64,000 bases of DNA from an uncultured bacterium (GTDB lineage Bacteria; Planctomycetota; UBA1135; GCA-002686595), in NCBI GenBank assembly GCA_943787795.1, contig CALSNU010000003.1, forward strand, positions 480,001-544,000, given 5' to 3'. This document shows, in pieces, positions 27,399 through 37,585 of the stretch. Below the pieces are notes generated by a model. That model did not search any database and was not told where the DNA came from. It saw nothing but the letters and a program-made list of their open reading frames with translations. Every line of letters starts with the position of its first letter. Position 1 is the stretch's first letter. A program made the translations under genes and the position numbers.

Positions 27399-28361
27399 AT
27401 GCGAATCGTCAGCTTGCTTCCGTCGTCCACGGAGATTGTCCACGTCCTCGGGCTCGACGCCGACCTCGTCGGGATCAGTCACGAGTGTGACTACCCGGCC
27501 TCGGTGACAGACAGGCCAGTCCTGACCTCCTCGAAGATCGATATCGGCCAGCTCTCAGGGGACATCGACCGCGACGTTCGCCGCGTCCTGACCGATGCCC
27601 TCGCGGTCTATGACGTGGACGCCGAGGGGCTCGAGCGGGCCAGGCCGGACGTCGTGCTGACCCAGGACCTGTGCGATGTCTGCGCGGTGTCGATCCGCGA
27701 CGTCGAGGCGGCGCTCCAGTCCATCGCGAGCGAGGGCGTCCAGCTTGTGAGCCTCCGGCCGACGCGGCTCGATGATCTTGACGGGGCCCATGGGGTCATG
27801 GGGGACATCGAGCGGGTGGCCGAGGCGCTCGGTGAGGCCGCCGAAGGGAAGCGAGTCGCGGATGGGCTGCGGGACCGGCTCAGCAGCCTGCGCCAGCGTG
27901 CCGCGGAGGCCGTGGGGGCGGCGAGCCGACCGCGCGTCCTCACCATCGAGTGGATCGATCCCGTGATGGTCGGCGGCACCTGGATGCCCGAGCTCGTTGA
28001 GATCGCGGGGGGGGCGGCTCTGGTCACCGAACCAGGCCAGCACGCGCCGACCCTGGACCGTGGCGCCCTCTCGGCCCTCGATCCCGAGGTCGTCCTCATC
28101 AAGCCCTGCGGCTTCGACCTGGAGCGCACGCGGCAGGAGCTCGGGACCCTCCACGAGCTCATCGAGTCCATGCCCTGGCGCGACAGCGCGAAGTCGAGGA
28201 CCTTCGTGGCGGACGGCAACGCCTTCTTCAATCGCCCGGGGCCGCGCCTCGTCGAGTCCGCGGAGATTCTCGCGGCCATGACTCACCCCTCGGCCTTTCC
28301 TGACCTGGTCGAACGTCATGGCGAGCACTACTTCCCGCTCCGCGCCGTGCCGTCCAGCTGA
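27399..28361 (+). CDS. BtuF-like (cobalamin/iron-complex) substrate-binding family protein, no signal peptide
   Basis: MRIVSLLPSSTEIV, GISHECDYP, TQDLCDVCAV, EWIDP, PCGFDL, DGNAFFNRPGPRLVES. Confidence 0.85.
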   Translation: MRIVSLLPSSTEIVHVLGLDADLVGISHECDYPASVTDRPVLTSSKIDIGQLSGDIDRDVRRVLTDALAVYDVDAEGLERARPDVVLTQDLCDVCAVSIRDVEAALQSIASEGVQLVSLRPTRLDDLDGAHGVMGDIERVAEALGEAAEGKRVADGLRDRLSSLRQRAAEAVGAASRPRVLTIEWIDPVMVGGTWMPELVEIAGGAALVTEPGQHAPTLDRGALSALDPEVVLIKPCGFDLERTRQELGTLHELIESMPWRDSAKSRTFVADGNAFFNRPGPRLVESAEILAAMTHPSAFPDLVERHGEHYFPLRAVPSS

Positions 28362-28390
28362 CAGGGTGCTCTTGCGGGGGGCGCCTCATG

Positions 28391-28468
28391 GGGGTGCCCT
28401 GACGGGGTGCCCTGAAGGCGTGCCCTGAAGGCATGCTCTGGCGGCATGCTCTGGCGGCATGCTCTGGC
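28391..28468. repeat. intergenic tandem repeat, 13-bp unit x6 with progressive drift
   Basis: GGGGTGCCCTGAC, GGGGTGCCCTGAA, GGCGTGCCCTGAA, then GGCATGCTCTGGC x3. Confidence 0.9.
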
Positions 28469-28723
28469 TGAGGCTACCTGGGGCCCGGGCTCCGTCGGAG
28501 GCAATCTCCTCGGTCGAAGTGTGGCCGCGACGGCGGGGAGGTCATCCAGCGATGCGCCCGCGCGGGTTGCAGAAAGCACGTGCTCTGTCAGGATCAGGGG
28601 CAGTCGCCGGCCAGCGCTCGGTGGAGACAAAGCCTGCTGCGCCACGGGCCAGAGCGCCTCGGGGGGGGATTCCCAAGGGTGCGCTGCACGACCGTTGGTC
28701 GTCGTCCCCCTGGGGGGAGCGGG

Positions 28724-31642
28724 TCACCGGGGCCCGTCGAAGCTCATCTCGTGCTCCTGGCCGGCCTGCACCTCGACGGATTGCGACTCAGTGCGTGCCG
28801 AGCCTTCTGTGGGTGCCCCTACAAGACTGAACCGGTGCCTCCCCGGGGCCAGGCCACTGAAGACCGCGCGGCCATCCACCACCTGCTTCAGCTGCGGTGT
28901 ACCTCCTCCCGGCGCGCGAGCCATGACCATGACACCCGCCGTGTCGCCACCCACTCGTACCGTGACGGTCCCGGCCTCGACGAAGCGTAGGTCGACGCCT
29001 TGGGTGATGGTCCCGGTCTCGACCACCATGGGCTCGGTCTCCACGGACCCATGGTCGTCGCTCTGCGCCTTCACCACCAGCTCAACGTCCCCGGCGACGC
29101 CGCGCAGGGAGTAGCGTCCCTCCTCATCCGTGCGGACGGGATCGGTGAGGTCCGCGCCGCTACTGATGACCTGGGCTCCTCCTATCGACGAGCCAACCAT
29201 CACGAACCCGATCGAGCGCTGCCCCCCTGCATCAGGCCGGCGAGCGGACACTCCGGCATCGACCACCGGCTTGCCGCTGGCGTCCACGACCCGTCCCTCG
29301 ATGAGGGTCACCGGCAGGTCCGCCTCGAAGCGGGTGTCGATGGCCTCCACCTCGACGTCGAAGCGATCGTCCATGACCCGCGTGGGGTGGCTGATGCGGA
29401 GCTCGTACGCCCCTTCGGTCACCGCGTCGAAGCGGAATTCGCCCCGGCCGTCCGTCTCGGTGTTCGGTCCCGCGGGGCCGAGCCCCAGCAGCGGGCCCCC
29501 CGGTCCGGAGCCCTCGGGCTTCGCCAGCACGACCCTCGCCCCGGCCAGGGGCTGACCGTTCTCGGTCACCACGCCCGTGACCACCACGCGGTTCGGCGCC
29601 AAGAGGGTCAGCTCGGTGACCGCGCCCTCGACGACCTTGGCCTCGGTCCAGCCCTGATCATCGCCGCCGCTGAGGCCGAGCCCGTCAAGGTCGAAGGAGA
29701 TCATCCCACCCTCGGCGGGCTCTTCGCCCACCCTGAAGCGCGCCGGCCCCGCCGAGAACGCGCCGAGGGTGACGGAGCCATCGGGACCCGTCCTCGCGGG
29801 CTCCCGCTTCTTGCTCCTGCGCCCGCCGCCCTGGCGGTACTCCACGACGGTGCCCGGGAGGGTGCGCCCGGTGGAGTCCACCACCGTCACAGCCACCCAG
29901 CCGGGGGCGGGGAGCCGGACGAGGTGCTCGGTGACCGTCCCCGAGGACGACACGCTCACAGGCCCCGTGCGTGTCTGCGGGTGATCGGGGTGGGAGACGA
30001 TCACGTCCACGGCCGCTCCCTCCTCCAAGGCGAGGACGCAGACACCCTCGTCGTCGGTCTCACCGCTCACAGAGGGTCCGGAGAGATCCACTGGCATGGG
30101 CAGATCCCCCGGGCCCTCGGAGCTCATGTTCATGCTCACGCGCCGCCTGATGGTCCGACTCCCGTTGGCGGCCGCAGGAACGTGCTCCGCCGACCGTACC
30201 TTGGCGCCTGGTAGCGGGTCACCCTCGGCGGTGAGCACCGTCACCCGCAGGGAGGCGCGGGAGAGGAGGCGCACCACACCGAGGGCGACCTGCTCATCCG
30301 GCTGGACCCGGACCTCACTCTTCCAGGGCGCCTTGCCCCGTGCCTTCACCTCGACCTTGAGGACCTGGCCGCCCGCCTGCGGGAAGAGGCGCTCCACGCG
30401 AGCGACCCCCCCGGCCAGCTCCTCATCCTCCTGGATGACCTGCGACGCCCAGTTGAAGCCCGCCAGCACCTCCGCGGACAGGAGCGGCTCCCCCTCCTCG
30501 TCCACCAGCCGCATCTCGACCGTGGCGCCCTCGCTGTAGGGGACTTTGACCCCGCGATCACCGGCACGGACCGTGACGCTGTTCGAGCGTTGGGACTGCC
30601 CGGGGAGGATCCCGCCGCCGAAGCCCTCGAGCTTGACCTTGTAGTCGGCTCCAGGATCGAGGCCGGTGAGGCGGAAGCGGCCGTCCGGCTCGACCCCGGC
30701 CTCTCGGTCCCCGGGGCCGCTACCGCTCCCCAGAGCCCAGAAGTCCTGGCCCGACCGGGTCGCCGAGACGCGCCAGGAGGCCGCCTCGTGCACCCCGGGG
30801 AGACCGGTGACCCACCCCTCGGCGACCCCGCCTTGATCGAGCGTGACCAGGATCCCCTCGACCTTGCCGCCGGCTCGGCTCAGCTCTCCGGTGAACTTCG
30901 CGGCGACGAACGCCTCGTGGCTCACCCTGTACTCGTACGGCCCCACGGCCTGGTCCGTGATCATGAAGCGGCCTTCCAGGTCAGACTTGACGCCCTCGGA
31001 CCAGCCGCCGGAGCCGAGGAGGAGATCCTCGATGCTGGAGTCCCTCGAGGACCGGATTCGCGCCCCGGCGACTCCCCTCCCTTCGCGGTTCACCACCCGC
31101 CCCATGAGCACGCCTCCCTGCACGAGGGTTAGCTCGCCGAGATCGAGCGTGGCGCCGGTCTCGAGGCGGAGCTCCCGCTCCAGCGTTACGTAGCCCGGGC
31201 AGGCCACCTCGAGCCGCGCCTTCCCGCCAGTCCCCTCCACCATGAAGCGGCCCTCGTCGTCGCAGATCCCGCTGGGTTCATCCGGGCGATCCCGGCCCCC
31301 GTAGAGCCTCACCTCGGCACCGGCGAGCACGCGGGCGGCAGCGCCCAGCACGCGCCCTTCGGCGGCGGCTGCGGCCTCCGCGCGGCTCTTGTCGGTCGCT
31401 GCCCCGATCGACGGAGCCGAGGAGGCCTCCGCCTCTGTCGCCTCCCGTCCAAGTTCCTCATCTCTGAGTGTCAGGGACGCGAGCTCAGGCGCCACAGCGT
31501 CTTCGCCGGCCGCATCCTGAGGGGGCGCCGCATCCACGGTTGACGCAGCGCCGTCGAGCGAGGCTGCAGGATCGCGGAGCAGGAGCGTGCCCGCCCCGAG
31601 GAGTCCGAGCGCGAGGGCCAGCAGGCAGAAGAGGAGGCGCAT
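28724..31642 (-). CDS. membrane-anchored protein with multiple carboxypeptidase-regulatory-like (Cna-B type) repeats
   Basis: N-terminal TM; repeated GRVV..G.PVAGA.V....TD..GRF.....G.Y units. Confidence 0.85.
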   Translation of the reverse strand: MRLLFCLLALALGLLGAGTLLLRDPAASLDGAASTVDAAPPQDAAGEDAVAPELASLTLRDEELGREATEAEASSAPSIGAATDKSRAEAAAAAEGRVLGAAARVLAGAEVRLYGGRDRPDEPSGICDDEGRFMVEGTGGKARLEVACPGYVTLERELRLETGATLDLGELTLVQGGVLMGRVVNREGRGVAGARIRSSRDSSIEDLLLGSGGWSEGVKSDLEGRFMITDQAVGPYEYRVSHEAFVAAKFTGELSRAGGKVEGILVTLDQGGVAEGWVTGLPGVHEAASWRVSATRSGQDFWALGSGSGPGDREAGVEPDGRFRLTGLDPGADYKVKLEGFGGGILPGQSQRSNSVTVRAGDRGVKVPYSEGATVEMRLVDEEGEPLLSAEVLAGFNWASQVIQEDEELAGGVARVERLFPQAGGQVLKVEVKARGKAPWKSEVRVQPDEQVALGVVRLLSRASLRVTVLTAEGDPLPGAKVRSAEHVPAAANGSRTIRRRVSMNMSSEGPGDLPMPVDLSGPSVSGETDDEGVCVLALEEGAAVDVIVSHPDHPQTRTGPVSVSSSGTVTEHLVRLPAPGWVAVTVVDSTGRTLPGTVVEYRQGGGRRSKKREPARTGPDGSVTLGAFSAGPARFRVGEEPAEGGMISFDLDGLGLSGGDDQGWTEAKVVEGAVTELTLLAPNRVVVTGVVTENGQPLAGARVVLAKPEGSGPGGPLLGLGPAGPNTETDGRGEFRFDAVTEGAYELRISHPTRVMDDRFDVEVEAIDTRFEADLPVTLIEGRVVDASGKPVVDAGVSARRPDAGGQRSIGFVMVGSSIGGAQVISSGADLTDPVRTDEEGRYSLRGVAGDVELVVKAQSDDHGSVETEPMVVETGTITQGVDLRFVEAGTVTVRVGGDTAGVMVMARAPGGGTPQLKQVVDGRAVFSGLAPGRHRFSLVGAPTEGSARTESQSVEVQAGQEHEMSFDGPR

Positions 31643-31645
31643 GGT

Positions 31646-31687
31646 GCGGGGAGGTACAGGACGGCGGGGAGGTACAGGACGGCGGGG
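31646..31687. repeat. 18-bp direct repeat GCGGGGAGGTACAGGACG x2 plus partial copy, just upstream of the start codon at 31642
   Basis: Units at 31646 and 31664. Confidence 0.85.
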
Positions 31688-31817
31688 GTGGGCGTGGACG
31701 AGCGTGGTACGGCAGAGCCGTCGGCGGGTTGGGCCTGAAGCTGCAGATCGTCCCGCGCTCCGCCCGTTGTGGGCCCCGGCCCTGAAGGGCGAAGCGGTTC
31801 AGGTCGCGTCCGCAGCT

Positions 31818-32444
31818 CTAGGCGTGGCAGAGCTGGTCGACGAGCTTGTTCAGGTCAGCCTTGTTCGTCTGGCAGAGCCGCACCATGTCGGAGAACGTGA
31901 CGTCGCGGGGGCCTCGCTCGGCCAGAAGGTCGAGCAGGCGGAGCCAGAGGGCCGAGGTCATCTCGGCGTCGGCGAGCGCACGGTGGAAGGTCCCGTCGCT
32001 GGGGAGGTCGAGGTGCTCTACGAGCGTGCCGAGCCGGTGATTGGGGGCCGTCGGGCAGAGTCTTCGCGCGGCCAGCAGGGAGCAGGCGAGGCTCCCTCGT
32101 GGTTGGCGGTCGATGCGCGCGTATTCAGCCTCGAGGAAGCGGCGGTCGAAGGAGGCGTTATGGGCCACCAGATTGGCCTCGCCTGCGAAGAGTGCGAAGC
32201 GCTCCATGACCACCTCGCAGGGCTCGGCCTCGTCGAGCATCGCGTTGCTGATCCCCGTGTACTCCTCGATGAACGGAGAGACAGGCACGCCCGGGTCCAT
32301 GAGGGACTGGAAGCGGGCGACGGGGACGCCGCCCTCGATGCGGACGGCACCAATCTCGATCGAGCGGTCCCCTTGGGCAGGGGAGAGCCCGGTGGTCTCG
32401 AAGTCGAAGATGATGCAGGTCCTGGCGTCATCGGTGGCCGTCAT
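31818..32444 (-). CDS. 3'-5' exonuclease, DnaQ/DNA polymerase III epsilon-like (DEDDh)
   Basis: DFETTG, HNASFD, HRALAD motifs. Confidence 0.92.
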   Translation of the reverse strand: MTATDDARTCIIFDFETTGLSPAQGDRSIEIGAVRIEGGVPVARFQSLMDPGVPVSPFIEEYTGISNAMLDEAEPCEVVMERFALFAGEANLVAHNASFDRRFLEAEYARIDRQPRGSLACSLLAARRLCPTAPNHRLGTLVEHLDLPSDGTFHRALADAEMTSALWLRLLDLLAERGPRDVTFSDMVRLCQTNKADLNKLVDQLCHA

Positions 32445-32781
32445 GTCGACACCGTAGCGAGTGCGGTGGCCCCTTCACTCCACCGGGCGGGATTCCATCC
32501 CGTCGCAAGGCGGCGAGCGGCGTTGAGGTGGCCTGGCGCCGGGTGAGCCTCGCGTGAGGGGCCTCGCCTGGCGGCACGAGGGCGCGTTGTTCAGGGTCAT
32601 GGGGGATGAGCGGCGGTCCATTCTTGGAGCCTGGGAGCCTCAAGGCACCTGTGCCGGCCAGCCACGGGGTGCTGCGTCATCAAGCCACGTCGCGTTCGGA
32701 GCGCGTCGAATCCAGGGGCTCAGGGCCGCGAACCGATTATCGCTGGAGGGTGGTGCAGATCGCACCCCCGACGGTGAGATC

Positions 32782-33678
32782 ATGAGCAGCTGGCACGAGA
32801 CACTCTTCGAGGCGCTCCGGGCCCGGTGGGAGGCGCCGCTGACCCGTCGGGTCATCGGCTGGGCCCTCACGGCGTCCTTCTTCGTGTCGATCGTGTGCAT
32901 CGAGCTGGCCCGCCAGGGCTGGATGCCGACGGTCCTCGGTCAGCCGCTTCCGACGAACCACCTGGCCGCGATCTCCTGGGTCTTCACGCTGCTTCTGATC
33001 GTCGAGGTGCTCGACCTGGTCTTCTCGCTGGCAGAGTCCATCGCCAACGCCCTGGGCAAGCAGCTGGAGATCTTCTCGCTGATCCTGGTCCGCAAGACCT
33101 TTGACGAGCTCGCGCGGCTGCCCGAGCCCATCGACATCGGCGGCGCGACGGAGGTCCTCCTCGAGATGGGGGCCTTGGCCGTCAGTGCCCTCGTGGTCTT
33201 CGTGGCGCTGACCCTGTACTACCGCCTCCAGCGGCACCGTCCCATCTCCACGGACGCGGATGACGTGGCGCACTTCGTGTCCCTGAAGAAGGCTGTCTGC
33301 CTCGGTCTCCTGGTGGCCTTCGTGGTCACCGGCGCGCTCTTCGGCTTCAGCTCCCTCACCGTCGACGCTCCCGACGAGGCCCTGTCCCTCGACTTCTTCG
33401 TCGTCTTCTTCACCGTCCTCGTCTTCTCGGACGTCCTCCTCGTCCTCGCCTCGCTCACGGTGACGCGCGAGTACCGCGTGGTCTTCCGCAACTTCACCTT
33501 CGCGGTGGTCACGGTCTTCCTGCGCATCGCGCTGGTGGCCGATCCCTACCCCAAGGCCATCCTCGGCGCCGCCACTGCGCTGTTCGCTCTCGCGGCGGCC
33601 TGGGCCTTCGACTTCAGCCGTCCCGTGGATCGAGAGGAGCCTCAAGGTGCGGCCGCGCTGCGCCATGAGCGCCCATAG
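32782..33678 (+). CDS. conserved hypothetical polytopic membrane protein
   Basis: About 8 TM helices; FTLLLIVEVLDL...GKQLEIFSLILVR and VFRN motifs; strong codon bias. Confidence 0.75.
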   Translation: MSSWHETLFEALRARWEAPLTRRVIGWALTASFFVSIVCIELARQGWMPTVLGQPLPTNHLAAISWVFTLLLIVEVLDLVFSLAESIANALGKQLEIFSLILVRKTFDELARLPEPIDIGGATEVLLEMGALAVSALVVFVALTLYYRLQRHRPISTDADDVAHFVSLKKAVCLGLLVAFVVTGALFGFSSLTVDAPDEALSLDFFVVFFTVLVFSDVLLVLASLTVTREYRVVFRNFTFAVVTVFLRIALVADPYPKAILGAATALFALAAAWAFDFSRPVDREEPQGAAALRHERP

Positions 33679-33747
33679 CGCGCCGCCGCTCGATCGGAGC
33701 TCTCGCAGGCCGCGCCTGGCCTTCGGGGTGGCGCCTCGGCGCTTGCC

Positions 33748-35802
33748 TCAGTCTTCGTAGGAGCGATCGTTGGGGAAGGCCGGACCCCGCTTGCGAGCGG
33801 AGCCTCGACGGGGCCCACCGCCGGCCCGCTGCCCAGGGCCGGTACCCGGATCACCGGTGGAGCCTGCGGTGTCGCGGCCCCGCGCCTTGCGGCTGGCGCT
33901 CTCCTCGCGCCGCCCCTTGTTCTTGGTGGGGCGGGCCGAGCCCTCGCTGCCGCGACGGGCCTCGCGCGCCTCCTTGGGGGCCTTGGCGGGGATGAGGCAC
34001 TTGGGTCCGGAGCCGATGAGGTCGGTGCGGCCGGCCTCGGTCAGGGCCTTGTGCACGGTGAAGTAGTTCTCCGGCGCGAAGAATTGCATCAGCGCCCGCT
34101 GGACCTTGCGGTCGCGCAGCTTGGTCACCGTCTCCACCGGCTTCATGGTCATCGGGTCGAGGCCCGTGTGGTACATGCAGGTCGCGATGTCCATGGGGGC
34201 CGGGATGAAGTCCTGGACCTGGCGCGGCTTGTAGCCCGAGGCCTTGAGGTACTCCGCCAGCTCGATCATCTCGGCCACGCCTGAGCCAGGGTGGGACGCG
34301 ATGTAGTACGGGACGAGGTACTGCTCCTTGCCCGCGCGCTTGGAGGCCGCCTTGAAGCGCTCCGCGAAGTGGTCGAAGGTGTTGGTCGCCGGCTTCTTCA
34401 TGTGCTCAAGCACGTTGTCCGACGCGTGCTCGGGCGCGACCTTGAGGTGGCCGCCCACGTGATGTCGGGCGAGGTCCTCCAGGTACTCGTCGTCGAACCG
34501 CGCGAGGTCCATGCGGATGCCGCTCGCGACGTTGACCTTCTTGATGCCGGGGACCTCCCGGACCTTCTTCATGACGCTCTTGGTGGGCGCATGGCTGGTG
34601 TCCAGGAGCTTGCACACGGTTGGGTGGACGCACGATGCGCGCTTGCACACGGCCTCAACCTCCGGCTTCGTGCAGCGCATGCGGTACATGTTGGCGGTGG
34701 GCCCGCCCAGGTCCGAGATGACCCCGTTGAACTTGGGGTCGGCCGCCATGGTCTCAACCTCCTTGAGGATCGACGCCTCGCTGCGGCTCTGGATGGCGTT
34801 GCCCTGGTGCATCGTGATCGAGCAGAACGTGCAGCCGCCGAAGCACCCGCGCATGATCGTCACGGACTCGCGGATCATCTGATCCGCGGGGATCGGCTTC
34901 TTGTAGCTGGTGTGGCTCATCCGTGTGTACGGCAGGTCGTACACGCGATCGAGCTCGTCGGTCTCGAGGGCGAGGGCCGGCGGGTTCACCACGAGGGTCC
35001 GGTCTCCGTGCTTCTGGGTGAGCCGGGCCCCGTTGAGCGGGTTGGTCTCCTGGTGCAGCGTGCGCGTCATCTCCGCGAACGCGACCTTGTCGGCCTTGAC
35101 CGCCTCGAAGGAGGGCATCTCCAAGGTCTTGGTCACCGGCTCGCCGATGGGGCGGTCGAACCCGTGGGCGGGGAGCTCCTCCTTCTTGCCCATGAGGTAC
35201 GCGACCCCGCGGAGGTCCCTGCAGTCTCGGATGGTCTGGCCCTCATTGAGGCGCCGCGCGATCTCCACGATCTGGGTCTCGCCCATGCCGAAGCCGCACA
35301 GGTCAGCCTTACTCGGCACGAGCATCGACGGTCGAACCGTCTCGGACCAGTAGTCAAAGTGTGCGATCCGGCGCAGGGAGGCCTCCACCCCGCCGATGAC
35401 CACGGGGACGTCGGCGAAGGCCTCGCGGCAGCGCTGGGAGTAGACCGCGGTGGCCCGGTCCGGCCGCAGCCCGATCTCACCACCTGGCGAGTAGGCGTCC
35501 TGGTTGCGACGCTTCTTGTTGGCGGTGTAGTGGTTGATCATGGAGTCCATGTTCCCACCGCTCACCGCGTAGAAGAGCCGCGGCTTGCCGATCGCCTTCC
35601 AGGCGTCCGCGTTCTTCCAGTCCGGCTGGCAGAGCAGCGCCACCTTGTACCCCTCCGCCTCGAGGGTCCGGCCCAGGAGCGCGTTGGCGAACGAGGGGTG
35701 ATCCACGTACGCGTCCCCCGACACGAAGACGATGTCCGGCTGCTCCCAGCCGAGCGCCTCGACCTCGCTCGGGGTGATGGGGAGAAGGTCGAGGTTGGGC
35801 AT
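33748..35802 (-). CDS. ygiQ: YgiQ (UPF0313) family radical SAM protein
   Basis: [26 protein letters not shown] (CxxxCxxC), [23 protein letters not shown]. Confidence 0.93.
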   Translation of the reverse strand: MPNLDLLPITPSEVEALGWEQPDIVFVSGDAYVDHPSFANALLGRTLEAEGYKVALLCQPDWKNADAWKAIGKPRLFYAVSGGNMDSMINHYTANKKRRNQDAYSPGGEIGLRPDRATAVYSQRCREAFADVPVVIGGVEASLRRIAHFDYWSETVRPSMLVPSKADLCGFGMGETQIVEIARRLNEGQTIRDCRDLRGVAYLMGKKEELPAHGFDRPIGEPVTKTLEMPSFEAVKADKVAFAEMTRTLHQETNPLNGARLTQKHGDRTLVVNPPALALETDELDRVYDLPYTRMSHTSYKKPIPADQMIRESVTIMRGCFGGCTFCSITMHQGNAIQSRSEASILKEVETMAADPKFNGVISDLGGPTANMYRMRCTKPEVEAVCKRASCVHPTVCKLLDTSHAPTKSVMKKVREVPGIKKVNVASGIRMDLARFDDEYLEDLARHHVGGHLKVAPEHASDNVLEHMKKPATNTFDHFAERFKAASKRAGKEQYLVPYYIASHPGSGVAEMIELAEYLKASGYKPRQVQDFIPAPMDIATCMYHTGLDPMTMKPVETVTKLRDRKVQRALMQFFAPENYFTVHKALTEAGRTDLIGSGPKCLIPAKAPKEAREARRGSEGSARPTKNKGRREESASRKARGRDTAGSTGDPGTGPGQRAGGGPRRGSARKRGPAFPNDRSYED

Positions 35803-36223
35803 GCGGCACGCAGGATAGCCGGAAGTGAGGGGCGCGCCTACGCCCGAACGGGCTGGCCGCGGGGTGCGTCACCGCGCCGCCAGTCCATCGAGGCGAGGGC
35901 CCGGCGCGGAGCTCCGCGAGCCGCATGCCGAGCCTCCATTTGAGCGCGCATGGGTGCCTGGCGTTCGATGGGGAGGCTGCGGGGAGGAGCTCCGAAGGGG
36001 CCGGCCGGCCGGGAGCGGGAGGCGCCTGGGCAGGTGCCTGTCGCCATGGCGGTCGCTTGCCGCCGTGGCGAGGCCCCTGTGTCCGTGGGGTGGTCCCTGT
36101 GTTCTTAGCGTGGTCCCTGTGTCCAGGGACGTCGCCTGTTGCGCCCGAGCGAACGAATTCACATGAAGCACCTTGTCGGGCGTGTGTGTTGAATCTGAGC
36201 CCTGGATCAAGTGGATTGGCGGA

Positions 36224-36925
36224 ATGAAGAACGCTCCCTCGCTGATTGTGCTGCTGGTGTTCGCGGCGCTGGCCGTGGCTTGCCGCGTCAAGCCGGATCT
36301 CGCGCGCGCAGAGGTGCCGCAGTCGGGCTTCCTGCCGGATTACTCCCTCCTCGAGCCAGTGGTCACCCCGTCCCCCGACGCCAGGCTCTTTCGATATCGC
36401 AAGCCGGGCGTGGACCCGGAGCTCTATCACGCGGTCATCCTGGATCTCATCGAGGTCAACCAGAACGTGACCGACACGATCTCCCAGGAGACGATCGACC
36501 GGACCCGGGAGACGCTCCAGGCCTCCATGACGGAGGCGGTGCTGGTACGGGGAGCGGTCGACGTCATCGCGGAGCCGGGTCCCGGCGTCGCTCGTTTTCA
36601 GGTGAAGATCACCGGCGCCGAGACCACGGCGGACGGCCTCCAACCGTGGAGCTTCACTCCGGTCGGCCTCGCCCTCAACGGGGCGGCCTATGTCGGCGGT
36701 GTGAACGCCAAGACGCCGATGCTGCTGGTGGAGAGCTGGCTCACCGACAGCGACACGGGAGACCTGCTCGGGGAGGGGCTGTTGATGGTCCAGGGAGACT
36801 CCTTCCGGACGGGCGCTGGTTCGCTTGAGTCCTTCATCGAGATGGCCAACAGGGCCGTGAGCGTGGTCATGGAGTCGTCCGCGCCAGAGCGGCCCGAGGC
36901 GGACCAGGCCATGCGGCCGCGCTGA
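36224..36925 (+). CDS. DUF3313 family lipoprotein
   Basis: Lipobox LAVAC, SGFLPDYSLL, PGPGV..ITG, E...DS.TG.LL. Confidence 0.8.
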   Translation: MKNAPSLIVLLVFAALAVACRVKPDLARAEVPQSGFLPDYSLLEPVVTPSPDARLFRYRKPGVDPELYHAVILDLIEVNQNVTDTISQETIDRTRETLQASMTEAVLVRGAVDVIAEPGPGVARFQVKITGAETTADGLQPWSFTPVGLALNGAAYVGGVNAKTPMLLVESWLTDSDTGDLLGEGLLMVQGDSFRTGAGSLESFIEMANRAVSVVMESSAPERPEADQAMRPR

Positions 36926-36990
36926 GGTGATCCGGCGCCAGCTGTGCTCACCCGAGAGCATGGCGCTGGCTTCGCTTCGCCGCCGAGTCC

Positions 36991-37045
36991 GACGCTGTCG
37001 TGCTGGACGCTGTCGTGCTGGACGCTGTCGTGCTGAACGCTGTCG
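36991..37045. repeat. intergenic tandem repeat, 15-bp unit GACGCTGTCGTGCTG x3.7
   Basis: Exact units at 36991, 37006, 37021, partial at 37036. Confidence 0.9.
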
Positions 37046-37585
37046 ACCTTGACGCCCTCAGGCGAGACCCTGCTGGCCGGCCCGGAGGGCGCCTTGGGTC
37101 GCGGCTCCTGCCAGGCACCGTCCCCGAGTGACCCGCCTCTCGCGCCGCGGCCCTTGGCCCTCGTCGAGCCAGGCGGGATCGCCCGGGCCCGCGCCGACGG
37201 TCACGGACACTCCCGTGTCGATTCGCGCGCCCTTGCCCTCGCCGCGGACGGCCCGAGCCCCCGGCTTGCCCATCCCTTCAACCGGTGGTGTTCCGGAGGC
37301 GGATCGGGGGTCTCCCGGTGGGGTTGGATCGGGCAAGACTGTGAGCGCAGCCATACGGCGCCGGGGTGCGGTTGCGGGGGCGGCGGCTGCGTGCGTGTGT
37401 GTGCGTGCGTGCGGGGGGGGGGCTCGGTTAGGGGGGGCTCGGGTCGGGCCCCCAGGACCCGACGCAGAGGCCGGAGCAGGGCGACCCCCAGGGGGTGCTC
37501 CAGGATGCGATCAGGGAGAGGTGCGGGGGCCTGCCGTTCAATTCAGAAGCGGGGGCGTTTGACCTCGGTCGGATAACATGGAGCG

